Source: the human T2T-CHM13v2.0 reference genome, Homo sapiens. Taken from it: a stretch of 64,000 bases of DNA. The stretch lies in assembly GCF_009914755.1 (NCBI RefSeq), contig NC_060939.1. The stretch is one strand, 5' to 3'. Every line of letters starts with the position of its first letter. The stretch's first letter is position 1. Positions 16,716-32,121 of this stretch are shown one piece after another. Below the pieces are notes generated by a model, which had not been told where the DNA came from, did not search any database, and saw only the letters and a list, made by a program, of their open reading frames with translations. A program made the position numbers and the translations under genes.

Positions 16716-19700
16716 AGGACATATATCTCAAATGATCAACAAAGTGATGTAACTCTTCTCTAGGCTCTGCCTACAGGGGCTTTGTGACATATCTCTGCCC
16801 TTATCACCCACCTGATGGGACTTTGTGTAGGCTCTGCCTATGGGGACATTGTGACATATCTCTACACTGACCACCCAGGTGATGTAACTCTTGTGTTGGA
16901 TCTACCTATCGGGGCATTGTGACATGTTTCTGCACTGATCACCCAGGTGATGTAATGCTTGACTAGGCTCTGCCTACGGGGCATAGTGACATATCACTGC
17001 ATTGATCACCGAGGTGATGTAACTCTTCTCCAGGCTCTGCCTATAGGGGGCCTTGTGACATATCTCTGCACTGATCATCTAGGTGATGTAACTCTTGCTT
17101 ATGCTCTGCCTGCAGCGGCATTGTGAAATATCTCTGCACTGATCACCCAGGTGATGGGACTCTTCCCTAGGCTCTGCCTACTGTGGGCATTGTCACATAT
17201 TTCTGCACTGATCACCCAGGTGACGGACTCTTGTCTTGGATATGCCTATTGGGACATTGTGACATATCTCTGCACTGATCACCCAGGTGATATAACTCTG
17301 CTCTAAGCTCTGCCTAAAGGGGCATTGTGACAGATCTCTGCACTGATCACTCAGGTGATGTAACTATTGTCTAGGCTCTGCTGAATGGGGCCTTATCACA
17401 TATCTCTGCACTGATCACCCAGGTGATGTAACTCTTGTCTAGGCTCTGCTTACATGGGGTATTGTGACATATCTCTGCACTGATCACCTAAGTGATATAA
17501 CACTTGTGTAGGCTCTGCCTACAGGGGCATTTTGATATATCTCTGCACTGTTAACCGAGGTGATGTAACTCTTGTCTAGGCTGGGCCCACAGGGGGATTG
17601 AGACATATCTCTGCACTGATCCCAAGGTGATCCAAGTCTTGCCTGGTCTCTGCCTACTGGGGACATTGTGACTTATCTCTGCACTAATCTCCCAGGTGCT
17701 GTAACTTTAGTCTAGGCTCTGGATACACAGCATCGTGACATATCACTGCACTGATCACCCGGGAGATATAACACTTATCTAGGCTCTGCCTACAGGGGGC
17801 TACCGACATATCTCTTCACTGATCACCCAGGTGATATAACTCTTCTCTAAGATCTGCCTACATGGTTCTTTGTGACATATTCCTGCAATGATCACCCAGT
17901 TGATATACCACTTGTCAAGGCTCTGCCTACAGGGGCATTGTGACATAACTCTGCACTGATCACCCAGGTGATGGGACTTTGTCTAGTCTCTGCCAACAGT
18001 GGCATTGTGACATATCTCTGCACTGATCACCCAGGTGATGGGACTTTGTCTAGGCTCTGCCAACAGTGGCATTGTGACATATCTCTGCACTGATCACCCA
18101 GGTGATGCAACTGTTGTAGAAGTTCTGCCTACAGGGGAATTGTGAGAGATCTCACCACTGATCACCCAAGTGATGTATCTATTGTCTAGGCTTTGCCTAC
18201 AGGAGGCTTTGTGACATACCTTCACACCGATCACCCAGGTGATGTAACGCATCTAAGTTCTGCCTACAGGAGCTTTGTGACTTATCTCTGCACTGATCAC
18301 TTAGGTGATGTAACATTTTTATAAGCACTGCCTACAGGGAATTTTGACAAATCTCTGCACTGATCACCTAGGTGATGTAACTCTTGTCTACCCTCTGCCC
18401 AAAGGGGGTATTGTGAAATATCTCTGCACTGATCACCCAGGTGATTCAACTCTTGTCCAGGATCTGCCTACAGGGGGCATTGTGAAATATCTCTGCACTG
18501 ATCAACTAGGTGATGTAACTGTTTTCTAGGCTCTGCCTACAGGGACATTCTGACATATCTCTGCACTGATCACCCAGGTGATGCAACTTTTCTCTATTCT
18601 CTGCCTACAGGGGACATTGTGACTTATCTCTGCACTGATCACCCAGGTGATGCAACTCTTCTCTATGCTCTGCCTACAGGGGGCATTGTGACATATCTCT
18701 GCACTTATCACGCAGGTGATGAAACTGTTTTCTAGTCTCTGCCTACAGAGGGCGTTGTGACATCACTCTGCGCTGAACACCGGGGTTATGTAACTCTTGT
18801 CTAGGCTCTGCCTATGGGGGCATTGTGACTTATCTCTGCACTGATCACCCAGGAGTTGTGACTCTTGTCTAAGCTCTGCCTAGAGGGACATTGGGACATA
18901 TCTCTGCACTGATGTCTGAGGCGATGTAAAACTTGTCTAGGCTTTGCCTACAGTGGGATTTATGACATATCACTGCACTGATCACCGAGATGATGTAACT
19001 CTTGTATAGGCTGCGCCGACAGGGGGCACTGAGACATATGCCTGCACTGATCACGAAGGTGATGCATCTCTTGTCTGGGATCTGCTTACAGGGGCACTGT
19101 GACATATCTCTGCCCTGATCACCCAGGTGATGTAACTCTTGTTTAATCTCTGCCTACTGGAGACATTGTGACATATCTCCGCACTGATCACCCAGGTGAT
19201 GTCACTTTTATCAAGGATATGGTTACAGGGACACTGTGACATGTCACTGCACTGATCACACAGCTGATGTAACTCTTGCCTAGGCTCTGGATACAGGGGG
19301 CTTGTGACACATCTCTGTACTGATCAACCAAGTGATGAAACTCTTCTCTAGGCTCTGCCTACGGGGGCTTTGTGACACATCTCTGCACTGATCACTCTGG
19401 GGAAGAAACTCTTGTCTACACTCTGCTTAGAGGAGGCTTTATGACTTATACCTGCACTGATAACCTAGGTGATGTAACAATTGTCTAGGGTCTGCGTACA
19501 CGGGAATTCACACATATCTGTGCACTGATCACCCAGGTGATGTAACTCTGGTCTAGGTTCTGCTTACAGGGGTTATTGTGACATATCTCTGCACTGATCA
19601 CCTAAGTGGTGTAACACTTGTGTAGGCTCTGCCTACAGGGGCATTTTGACATATCCCTGCACTGTTAACCGAGGTGATGTAACTCTTGTCTAGGTTGTGC

Positions 19701-22700
19701 CCACAGGGGGATTGAGACATATCTCTGCACTGATCCCGAGGTGATCCAACTTTTGCCTGGTCTCTGCCTACTGTGGACATTGTGACATATCTCTGCACTG
19801 ATCTCCCAGGTGAGATATGTTTAGTCTAGACTCCGGCTACACGGCATTGTGACATATCACTGCACTGATCACCCAGGTCATATAACTCTTGTCTAGGCTC
19901 TGAAGACAGGGGGCTTGTGACATATCTATCTCTGCACTGATCACCCAGGTGATATGAGTCTTCTCAAGGATCTGCATACAGGGTTCTTTGTGACATATCC
20001 CTGCAATGATCACCCAGGTGATATAACAAACTTCAAGGCTCTGCCTACAGGGGCATTGCGACGTATCTCTACACTGATCACGTAGGTCATGAAACTCTTG
20101 TCTAGGCCCTGCCTACTGTGGCATTGTGACATATCTCTGCACTGATCACCCAGGTGATGTAACTCTTTTCTACGATCTGCCTACAGGTTGCTTTGTGACA
20201 TATAGCTGCAATGATCACCAAGGTTATGTACCACTTGTCAAGGCTCTGCCTACAGGGACATTGCCATGTATCTCTGCACTGATCACCTAGGTCATGAAAC
20301 TCTTGTCTAGGCTCTGCCTACAGTGGCATTGTGACATATCTCTGCACTGATCATCCTAGTGATGTAAATCTTGTCTAGGATCTGCCTAAAGGGTGCTTTG
20401 TGACATAATTCTACACTGATCATCCAGGTGATGGTACCTTTGTCTAGGCTCTGCCTAAGGGGGCATTGTGACATATTTCTGCACTGATCACCCAGGTGAC
20501 AGACTCTTGTCTTGGATCTGCCTATGGGGTCATTGTGACATATCTCTGCACTGATCTCCCAGGTGATGTAACTGTTGTAAAAGTTCTTCCTACAGGTGAA
20601 TCGTGAGAGATCTCGCCACTGATCACCCAAGAGATGTAACTACTGTCTAGGCTTTGCCTGCAGGGGTCTTTGTGACATACCTTTGCACTGATCAGCCAGG
20701 TGATGTAACTCATCTAAGTTCTGCCTACAGGAGCTTTGTGACATATCTCAGCACTGATCACATAGGTGATGTAACACTTTTATAAGCACTGCCTACAGGG
20801 AATTTTGACAAATCTCTGCACTGATCACCTAGGTGATGTAACTCTTGTCTACCCTCTGCCCAAAGGGGGCATTGTGAAATATCTCTGCACTGATCAATCA
20901 GGTGATTCAACTCTTGTCTAGGTTCTGCCTACAGGGGGTATGTTGAAATATCTCTGCACTGGTCAACTAGGTGATGTAACTCTTGTCTAGGCTCTGCCTA
21001 CAGGGGCGTTTTCACATATCCCTGAACTGAAGACAAAGGTGATGTAACTCTTGCCTAGGCTTTGCCTACAGGGGACATTGTGACATACCTCTGCACTGAT
21101 CCCCCAGGTGATGCATCTCTTCTCTGTGCTCTGCCTACAGGGGACATTGTGACATATCTCTTAACTGATCACCCAGGTGAGGCAACTCTTCTCTATGCTC
21201 TGCGTACAGAGGGCATTGTGACATATCTGTGCACTGATCACGCAGGTGATGTAACTCTTTTCTAGTCTCTGCCTACAGAGGGCGTTTTGACATCACTCTG
21301 CACGGATCACCCGTGTTACGTAACTCTTGTCTAGGCTCTGCCTATGGGGGCATTGTGATTTATCTCTGCACTGATCACCCAGGACATGTTACTCTTGTCT
21401 AAGCTCTGCCTAGAGGGACATTGGGATATGTCTCTGCACTGATCGCTGAGGTGATGTAAAACTTGTCTAGGCTTTGCCTAAAGTGGGATTTATGACATAT
21501 CTCTGCACAGATCACCCAGGTGATGTAACTCTTTTCTGGGCTCTGCCTACAGGGGCATTTTCACATATCACTGGACTGATCACCGGGATGATGTAAATCT
21601 TGTATAGGCTTCCCCGACAGGGGACATTGAGACATATCTCTGCACTGATCCCGAGGTGATCCAACTATTGCCTGGTCTCTCCCTACAGGGGACATTGTGA
21701 CATATCTCTGCCCTGATCTCCCAGGTGATGTAATGCTTGTCTAAGCTCTGCCTACTGGAGACATTGTGACATATCTCCACAGTGATCACCCAGGTGATGT
21801 CACTTTTCTCAAGGATAAGGCTACAGGGACATTGTGACATGTCACTGCACTGATCACACAGCTGATGTAACTCTTGCCTAGGCTCTGGCTACAGGGTACT
21901 TGTGACACATCTCTGCACTGATCACCCAGGTGATGTAACCCTTGTCTACGCTCTGCCAAAAGGGGCCATTGTGACATAACTCTGCACTGATCATCCAGGT
22001 GATGGGACCCTTGTCTAGGCTCTGCCTACAGAGGCATTGTGACTTATCTCTGCAGTGATCAGGCAGGTGATGTAACTCTTGTCTATATCTGCCTACTGGC
22101 GGCATTGTGGCATACTTCTGCACTGATCACCCAGGTGATGGACTCTTGTCTTCGATCTGCCTATGTGGGCATAGTGATATATCTCTGCACTGATCACTCA
22201 AGTGATGTAACGCTTGTCTAAGCTGCGCCTAAAGGGGAATTGTGACAGATATCTCCACTGATCACCCAGGTGATGTAACTCTTGTCTAGGCTCTGCTTAC
22301 AGGGGGTATTTTGATATATCTCTGCTTTGGTCCCCTAAGTGATGTAACAATTGTGTAAGCTCTGCCTACGGGGCATTTTGACTTATCTCTGCACTGTTAA
22401 CCAAGGTGATGTAACTGTTGTCTAGGCTGTGCCCACAGGGGTATTGGGACATATATCTGCACTGAATCCTAGGTAATCCAACTCTTGCCTGGTCTCTGCC
22501 TACTTGGGACATTGTGACATATCTCTGCACTGATCTCCCAGGTGCTGCAACTTTAGTCTAGGCTCTGGCTACACGACATTGTGACATATCTCTGCACTTA
22601 TCACCCAGGTGATATAACTCTTCTCTAGTCTCTGCCTACAGTGGCATTGTGACATATCTCTGCACTGATCACCCAGGTTTGTAACTCTTTTCTAGGATCT

Positions 22701-25700
22701 GACTACAGGGTGCTTTGTGACATATCCCTGCAATGATCACCCAGGCAATGTACCACTTGTCAAGGCTCTGCCTACAGGGACATTGCGATGTATCACTGCA
22801 CTGATCACCTAGGTCATGTAACTTTTGTCTAGGCTCTGCCTACAGTGGCATTGTGACATATCTCTGCACTGATCATCCCAGTGATGTAACTCTTGTCTAG
22901 GATCTGCCTAAAGGGACTTTGTGACATAACTCTACACTGATCATCAAGGTGATGGGGCTTTTGTCCAGGCTCTGCCTAAGGGGGCATTGTGACATATTTC
23001 TGCACTGATCACCCAGGAGATTTGACTCTTGTCTAAGCTCTGCCTAGAGGGCCATTGGGACACATCCCTACACTGATCGCTGAGGTGATGTAAAAGTTGT
23101 CTAGGCTTTGCCTACCGTGGGATTTATGACATATCTCTGCACTGATCACCCAGGTGATGTAACTCTTGTATAGGCTCTGCTTACAGGGCGTATTGTGAGA
23201 TATCTCTGCACTGATCACCCAGGTGATGTAACTCTTGTCTAGGCTCTGCCTACAGGGTCATTTTAACATGTCACTGCACTGATCACCGAGATGATGTAAC
23301 TCTTTTATAGGCTTTGCCAACAGGGGATATTGAGACATATCTCTGCACTGATCACCGAGGTGATGCAACTCTTGTCTGGGATCTGCTTACAGGGGCATTC
23401 TGACATATCTCTGCCCTGATCACACAGGTGATGTAACTCATGTTTAGGCTCTGCCTACCGGAGACATTGTGACATACCTCCGCACTGATCATCCAGGTGA
23501 TGTCACTTTTGTCAAGGATAGGGCTACAGGGAAATTGTGACATGTCACTGCACTGGTCACACAGCTGATGTAACTCTTGTCTAGGCTCTGGCTACAGGGG
23601 GCTTGTGACACATCTCTGCACTGATCACCCAGTTGATGTAACCATTGTCTAGGCTCTCCCAAATGGGGCATTGTGACATAACTCTGAACTGATCACGCAG
23701 GTGATGGGACTCTTGTCTAGGCTCTGTCTATATGGGCATTGTGACATATCTCTGCAGTGATGACGCAGGTGATGAAACTCTTGTCTCTATCTGCCTAATG
23801 GCAGCCTTGTGGCATATTTCTGCACCGAAAACCCAGGTGATGGACTCTTGTCTTGGATCTGCCTATGGGAGCATAGTGACATATCTCTGCACTGATCACT
23901 CATGTGATGTAACGCTTGTCAAAGCTGCGCCTAAAGGGGAATTGTGACAGATATCTCCACTGATCACCCAGGTGATGTAACAATATTCTGGGATTTGTGT
24001 ACATGGGTCTTTGTGACATATCTTTGTACTCATCACCCAGGAGGTGTAACTCTTGTCTATGATCGGCCTACAGGGTCTTTGTGACGTATTTCTGCACTGA
24101 TCACCTAGGTGATGTAACCCTTGTTTAGGCTCTGCCTACAGGGGCTTTGTGACATATCTCTGCATTGATCATCCAGGTGTTGGAACTCTTGTCTAGGCTC
24201 CACCTACAGGGGGTATTGTGACGTATCTCTGCACTGATCACCCAGGTGATGTAACATTTATCTAGGCTCTGCCTACAGGGGCGTTTTGACATAGCTCTGC
24301 ACAGATCACCAAGGTTGTGTAACTCTTTTCCACTCTTTGCCAACAGGGGGCATTGTGATATATCTCTGCACTGACCATCCTGGTGATGGGACTCTTCTCT
24401 ATACGCTGCCTAGAGGGGGATTTGTGACATATCTCTGCACTGATCACCCAGGTGATGGAAGTCTTGTCTAGGCTCTGTCTATGGAGGCATTGTGTCAAAT
24501 ATCTGCACTGATCACCCAGGTGATGTAACTCTTGTCTAGGCTCTGTCTACAGGGATTTTTGTGACATATCACTGCAATGATAACCTACGTGATGTAATCC
24601 TTGTATGGGCTTTGTCTTCAGAATTGTTTGTGACATATCTGCACTGATCTCTGAGGTGATGCAACTATTGTCTAGACAGTGCCTACAGGGCACTTTGGTA
24701 CATATCTCTGCACTGATCACCCAGGTGATGGATCTTGTCTTAGATCTGCCTACATGGACATTGTGAAACATCTCTGAACTGATCAACCAAGTGATGAAAC
24801 TCTTGTGTTGGATCTGGCTATGGAGGCATTGTGAAATATTTCTGCACTGATCACCCAGGTGATGGGACTCTTCTCTAGGCTCTGCCTAAGGAGGCATTGT
24901 GACATATTTCTGCACTGATCACCCAGTTGACGGACTCTTGTCTTGGATCTCCCTATGGCGGCATTGTGACATATCTCTGCACTGATCACCCAGGTGATGT
25001 AACTGTTGTATAATCTCTGCCTACAGGGGAACTGTGAGAGATCTCGCCCTAATCACCCAAGTGATGTAACTTTTGTCTAGGCTTTGCCTACAGGGGGCTT
25101 TGTGACATACATTTGCACTGATCACCCAGGTGATGTAACACATGCAAGTTCTGCCTACAGGAGATTTGTGACATATCTCTGCACTGATCACTTAGGTGAT
25201 GTAACACTTTTATAAGCACTGCCTACAGGGAATTTTGAGAAATCGCTGCAGTGATCACCTAGGTGACATAACTCTTATCTACCCTCTGCCCAAAGTGGGC
25301 ATTGTGAAATATCTCTGCATTGATCACCTAGGTGATTCAACTCTTGTCTAGGATGTCCCTACAGGAGGTATTGTGAAATATCTCTACACTGATTGACTAG
25401 GTGATGTAACTGTTGTCTAGGCTCTGCCTACAGGGGTGTTTTCACATATCCCTGAACTGATGACAAAGGTTATGTTACTCTTGCCTAGGCTTTGCCTACA
25501 GGGGACATTGTGACATATCTCTGCACTGATCACGCAGGTGATGCAACTCTTCTCTATGCTCTGCCTACAGGGGGCATTGTGACAAATCTCTGTACTGATC
25601 ACCCAGGTTGTGTAACTCTTTTCTAGTCTCTGCCTACAGAGGGCGTTGTGACATCACTCTAAACGGATCACCCGGGTTATGTAACTCTTGTCTAGGCTCT

Positions 25701-28700
25701 GCCTATGGGGGCATTGTGACTTATCTCTGCATTGATCACCCAGGAGATGTGACTCTTGTCTAAGCTCTGCCTAGAGGGACATTGGTACATATCTCTGCAC
25801 TGATCGCTGAGTTGATGTAAAACATGTCTAGGCTTTGCCTTTAGTGGGATTTATCACATATCTCCGCAATGATCACTCAGGTGATGTAACTCTTGTCTAG
25901 GCTCTGCTGACAGGGGGTATTGTGAGATATCTCTATACTGATCACCCAGGAGATGTAATTCTTTTCTAGTCTCTGCCTACAGGAGCATTTTAACATATCA
26001 CTGCACTAATTACCGAGATGATGTAACTCTTGTATAGGCTTCGCCGACAGGGGGCTTTGAGACATATCTCTGCACTGATCACCGAGGTGATGCAACTCTT
26101 GTCTGGGATCTGCTTACAGGGGGCATTCTGACGTATCTGTGCCCTGATCAACCAGGTGATGTAACTCTTGTCTAGGCTCTGCCTACTGGAGACATTGTGA
26201 CATATCTCCGCACTGATCACCCAGGTGATGTCACTTTTCTCAAGGATTTGGCTACAAGGATATTGTGACATGTCACTGCACTGATCACACAGCTGGTGTA
26301 ACTCTTGTCTAGGCTCTGGCTACAGGGGGCTTGTGACACATCTCTGCACTGATCACCCAGGTGATATAACCCTTGTCTAGGCTCTGCAAAAAGGGGGCAT
26401 AGTGACATAACTCTGCACTGATCACCCAGGTGATGGGACTCTTGTCTAGGCTCTGCCTACAGGGGCATTGTGACATATCTCTGCAGTGATCACGCCCGTG
26501 ATGTAACTCTTGTCTATATCTGCCTACTGGCGGCATTGTGGCATATTTCTGCACTGATCACCCAGGTGATGGACTCTTGTCTTGGATCTGACTATGGGGG
26601 TATAGTGAAATATCTCTGCACTGATTACTCATGTGATGTAACGCTTGTCTAAGCTGCGCCTAAAGGGGAATTGTGACAGATATCGCCACTGATCACCCAG
26701 GTGATGTAAGAATTTTCTGGGATGTGTCTATATTGGGCTTTGTGACATATCTTTGCACTGATCACCCAGGAGATGTAACTCTTTTCTAGGCTCCGCCTAC
26801 AGGGGCTTTGTGACATATTTCTGCACTGATCACCCAGGTGATGTAGCTTGTTTAGGCTCTGCCTACAGGGGCTTTGTGACATATCTCTGCACTGATCACC
26901 CAGGTGATATAACTCTTGTCTAGGCTCCACCTACAGGGCGTATTGTGATGTATCTCTGCGCTGATCACCCAGGTGATGTAACATTTATCTAGGCCCTGCC
27001 TACAGGGGCATTTTGACATAGCTCTGCACAGATCAACTAGGTTATGTAACTCTTGTCCACTCTCTGCCTACAGGGGGCATTGTGAATTATCTCTGCACTG
27101 ATCATCCAGGTGATGGGACTCTTCTCTATACTCTGCCTAGAGGGGGAGTTGTGACATATCTCTGCACTGATCACCCAGGAGATGGAAGTCTTGTCTAGGC
27201 TCTGTCTATTGGGTCATTGTATCAAATATCTACACTGATCACCCAGGTGATGTAACTCTTGTGTTGGATCTGCCTATGGGGGCATTGTGACATATTTCTG
27301 CACTGATCAGCCAGGTGATGGGGCCCTTGTCTAGGCTCTGTTTATGGGGGCTTTGTGACATATCTCTGCACAGATCACCCAGGTGATGTAACGATTGACT
27401 AGGTTCTACCTATGGTGCATAGTGACATATCATTGTATTGATCGCCGAGGTGATGTAACTCTTATCCAGGCTCTGCCTATATGGGGCCTTGTGACATATC
27501 TCTGCACTGATCTTCTAGGTGATGTAACTCTTGCTTATTCTCTGCCTGCAGGGGCATTGTGGAATATCTCTGCACTGATCACCCAGGTGATGGGACTCTT
27601 CTCTATACTCTGCCTAGAGGGGGATTTGTGACATATCTCTGTACTGATCAACCAGGTGATTGAAGTCTTGTCTAGGCTCTGTGTATGTGGGCATTGGGTC
27701 ATATATCTGCACTGATCACCCAGGTGATGTAACTCTTTTCTAGGCTCTGTCTAGAGTGATTTTTGTGACATATCACTGCACTCATCACCTAGGTGATGTA
27801 AGCCTCGTATAGGCTTTGCCTACAGAAGGCTTTGTGACATATCTATGCACTGATCTCTGAGGTGATGCAACTAATGTCTAGGCACTGCCTACAGGGGACA
27901 TTGGTACATATCTCTGCACTGATCACCCAGGTGATGGACTCTTGTCTTAGATCTGCCTACAAGGACATGGTGACACGTCTGTGAACTGATCAACCAAGTG
28001 ATGAAACTCTTGTCTAGGCTCTGCCTACGGTGGCTTTGTGACACATCTCTGCACTGATCACCCTGGAGAGGAAACTCTTGTCTACGCTCTGCCTACAGGA
28101 GGTTTTATGACTTATACCTGCACTGATAACCTAGGGGATGTAACACTTGTCTAGGCTCTGTCTACACGGGAATTCTCACATATCTCTGCACTGATCACCC
28201 AGGTGATGTAACTCTGGTCTAGGTTCTGCTTACAGGGGATATTGTCACATATCTCTGCACTGATCACCTTAGTGATGTAACTCTTGTGTAGGCTCTGCCT
28301 ACAGGGGAATTTTGACATATCCCTGCACTGTTTAACCGAGGTGATGTAACTCTTGTCTAGGCTGTGCCCACAGGGGCATTGAGACAAATCTCTGAATTGA
28401 TCCCGAGGTGATCCAACTCTTGCCTGGTCTCTGCCTACTGGGGACAATGTGACATATCTCTGCACTGATCTACCAGGTGCTGTAACTTTAGTATAGGCTA
28501 CAGCTACATAGCATTGAGTCATAACACTACACTGATCACCCAGGTGATGTAACTCATGTCTAGGCTCTGCCTACAGGTGGCTTGTGACATATCTCTGCAC
28601 TAATCACCCAGGTGATATAACTCTTCTCTAGGATCTGCCTACAGGGTGCTTTGTGACATATCCCTGCAATGATCACTCAGGTGATATACCACTTCTCAAG

Positions 28701-31700
28701 GCTCTGCCTACAGGGGCATTGCGATGTATCTCTGCCCTGATCGCCTAGGTCATGTAACTGTTGTCTATGATCTGCCTACAGTAGCATTGTGACATATCTC
28801 TGCACAGATCACCCAGGTGTTGTAACTCTTTTCTAGGATCTCCTACAGGGTGCTTTGTGACACATCGCTGCAATGATCACCCAGGTGATTTACCTCTTGT
28901 CAAGTCTCTGCCTACAGGGACATTGCGATGTATTTCTGCACTGATCACCTAGGTCATGTAACTCTTGTCTAGGCTCTGCCTACAGTGGCATTGTGACATA
29001 TCTCTTCACTGATCACCCAGGAGATGTGACTCTTGTCTAAGCTCTGCCTAGAGGGACATTGGGACATATCTCTGCACTGATCGCTGAGGTGGTGTAAAAG
29101 TTGTTTAGGCTTTGCCTACAGTGGGATTTATGACATATCTCTGCACTGATCACCCAGGTGATGTAACTCTTATCTAGGCTCTGCTTACAGGGGGCATCGT
29201 GAGATATCTCTGCACTGATCACGCAGGTACTGTAACTCTTGTCTAGGCTCTGCTACAGGGGCATTTTAATATATCACTGCACTGATCACTGAGATGATGC
29301 AACTACTCTCTGAGATCTGCTTACAGGGCGCATTGTGACATATCTCTGCACTGATCACCCAGGTGATATAACTGTTGTATAAGCTCTGCCTATAGGGGAA
29401 TTGTGAGAGATATCGCCACTGATCACTCAATTGATGTAACTATTGTCTTGGCTTTGCCTAAAGGGGGCTTTGTGACATACCTTTGTACTGATCACCCAGG
29501 TGATGTAACTCATCTAATTTCTGCCTACAGGAGCTTTGTGACATATCTCAGCACAGATCTCTTAGGTGATGTAACACTTTTTAAGCACTTCCTACAGGGA
29601 ATTATTACAAATCTCTGCACTGATCACCTAGGTGATGTAACTATTTTCTAGGATCTGCCTACAGGGTGCTTTGTGACATAACCCTTCACTGATCACCCAG
29701 GTGATATACCTTTTGTCAAGGCTCTGCCTACAGGGACATTGCGATGTATCTCTGCATTGATCACCTAGGTCATGTAACTCTTGTCTAGGCTCTGCCTACA
29801 GTGGCATTGTGACATAACTCTGCACTGCTCGTCCAGGTGATGGGGCTTTTGTCTAGGCTCTGCCTAAGGGGGCATTGTGACATGTTTCTGCACTGATCAC
29901 CCAGGTGACGGACTCTTGTCTTGGATCTGCCTATGGGGGCATTGTGATATATCTCTGCACTGATCACCCAGGTGATGTAACGGTTTTATAAGCTCTGCCT
30001 ACAGGGGAATTGGGAGAGATCTCGCCACTGATAACCCATGTGATGTATCTATTGTCTAGCCTTTGCCTACAGGAGGCTTTGTGACATACCTTTGCACTGA
30101 TCACCCAGGTGATGTAACTCTTGTCTAGGCTCTGCCTATAGAGGGCTTGTGACATATCTCCCCAGTGATCACGCAGGTGATGTAACTCTTGTCTATATCT
30201 GCCTACTGTCGGCATTGTAGCATATTTCTGCAATGATCACCGAGGTGATGGACTCTTGTATTGGATCTGCCTATGGGGGTATAGTGACATATCTCAGCAC
30301 TGATCACTCATGTGATGTAACGCTTGTTTAAGCTGCTACTGAAGAGGAATTGTGACAGATATCTCCACTGATCACCCAGGTGAAGTAACAATTTTCTGGG
30401 ATTTGTTTAGAGGGGGCTTTGTGACATATATTTGCACTGATCACACAGGAGACGTAACTCTTGTCTAGGCTCGGCCTACAGGTGCTTTGTGACATATTTC
30501 TGCACTGATCACCCAGGTGATGTAACACTTGTTTATGCTCTGCCTACAGGGACTTTGTGACGTATCTCTGCACTGATCACCCAGGTAATGTAACTCTTGT
30601 CTAGGCTCCACTTACAGGGGCTATTGTGACGTATATCTGCACTGATCACCCAGTTGATTTAACGTTTATCTAGGCTCTGCCAACAGGGGAGTTTTGACAT
30701 AGCTCTGCACAGATCACCTAGGTTATGTAACTCTTGTCCACTCTCTGCCTACAGGGGGCATTGTGAAATATATCTGCACTGATCACCTAGGTGATGGGAC
30801 TCTTCTTTATACTCTGCCTAGAGGGGGATTTGTGACATATCTCTGCAATGATCACCCGGGTGATGGGACTCTTCTCTATACTCTGCCTGGAGGGGGATTT
30901 GTGACATATCTCTGCACTGATGACCCAGGTGATGGAAGACTTGTCTAGGCTCTGTCTATGGGGGCATTTTGTCAAATATCTGCACTGATCACCCAGGTGA
31001 TGTAACTCTTGTCTAGGCTCTTTCTACAGGGATTTTTGTGACATATCACTGCACGGGTCACCTAGGTGATGTAAGCCTTGTATGGGCTTTGCATACAGAA
31101 GGCTTTGTGATATATCTATGCACTGATCTCTGAGATGATGAAACTCTTGTCTAGGCACTGCCAACAGGGGACATTGGTACATATCTCTGCACTGATCACC
31201 CAGGTGATGGACTCTTGTCTTAGATCTGCCTACATGGATATTGTGACACACCTCTGAACTGATTAACCAAGTGATGAACCTCTTGTCTATGCTCTGCCTA
31301 CAGGGGCTTTGTGATACATCTCTGCACTGATTACTCTGGGGAGGGAACTCTTGTCTACGCTCTGCCTACAGGAGTCTTTATGACTTATACCTGCACTGAT
31401 AACCTATGTGATGTAACACTTGTCTAGGTTCTGCCTACACGGGAATTCTCAAAAATGTCTGCACTGATCACCCAGGTGATGTAACTCCTGTCTAGGTTCA
31501 GCCTACAGAAGCGTTTTGACATATCTCTGCACTGATCACCCAGGTGATGTAACACTTGTCTAAGCTCTGCCTACAGGGGCATTGTGACAGATCTCTCCAC
31601 TGCTCACCCAGGTGATATAATATTTGTCTGGGCTTTGCCTACAGGGGGCTTTGGGATATACATTTCCACTGATCAAACAGGTGATGTAACCCTTGTCAAG

Positions 31701-32121
31701 GTTCTGCTTACAGGGGCTTTGAGACATATCTCTGCACTGATCACCCCTGAGAGGAAACACTTGTCTACACTCTGCCTACAGAAGGCTTTACGACTTATCC
31801 CTGCACTGATCACTATGTGATGTAACACTTGTCTAGGCTCTGTCAACACGGGAATTTTCATATATCTCTACACTGATCACCCAAGTGATGTAACCCTTGT
31901 CTATGTTCAGCCTACTGGGGATTTCTGACATACTTATTCACTGGTCACTGAGGTGATGTAAATCATTTCCAGGCTTTTTGTACAGGGGATATTGTGACAT
32001 ATCTCTGCACTGATCACACAAATGATGCAAATCTTCTCTTGGCTCTGCAGGGATGGGGTATTGTGACATATTTCTGAACAGATCATCCAGGAGATGTAAC
32101 TATTCTCCAGGCTTTGACTAA
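16716..32121 (-). repeat. Beta satellite array
   Basis: Continuous 68-bp monomers with recurring diagnostic variants. Confidence 0.97.
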
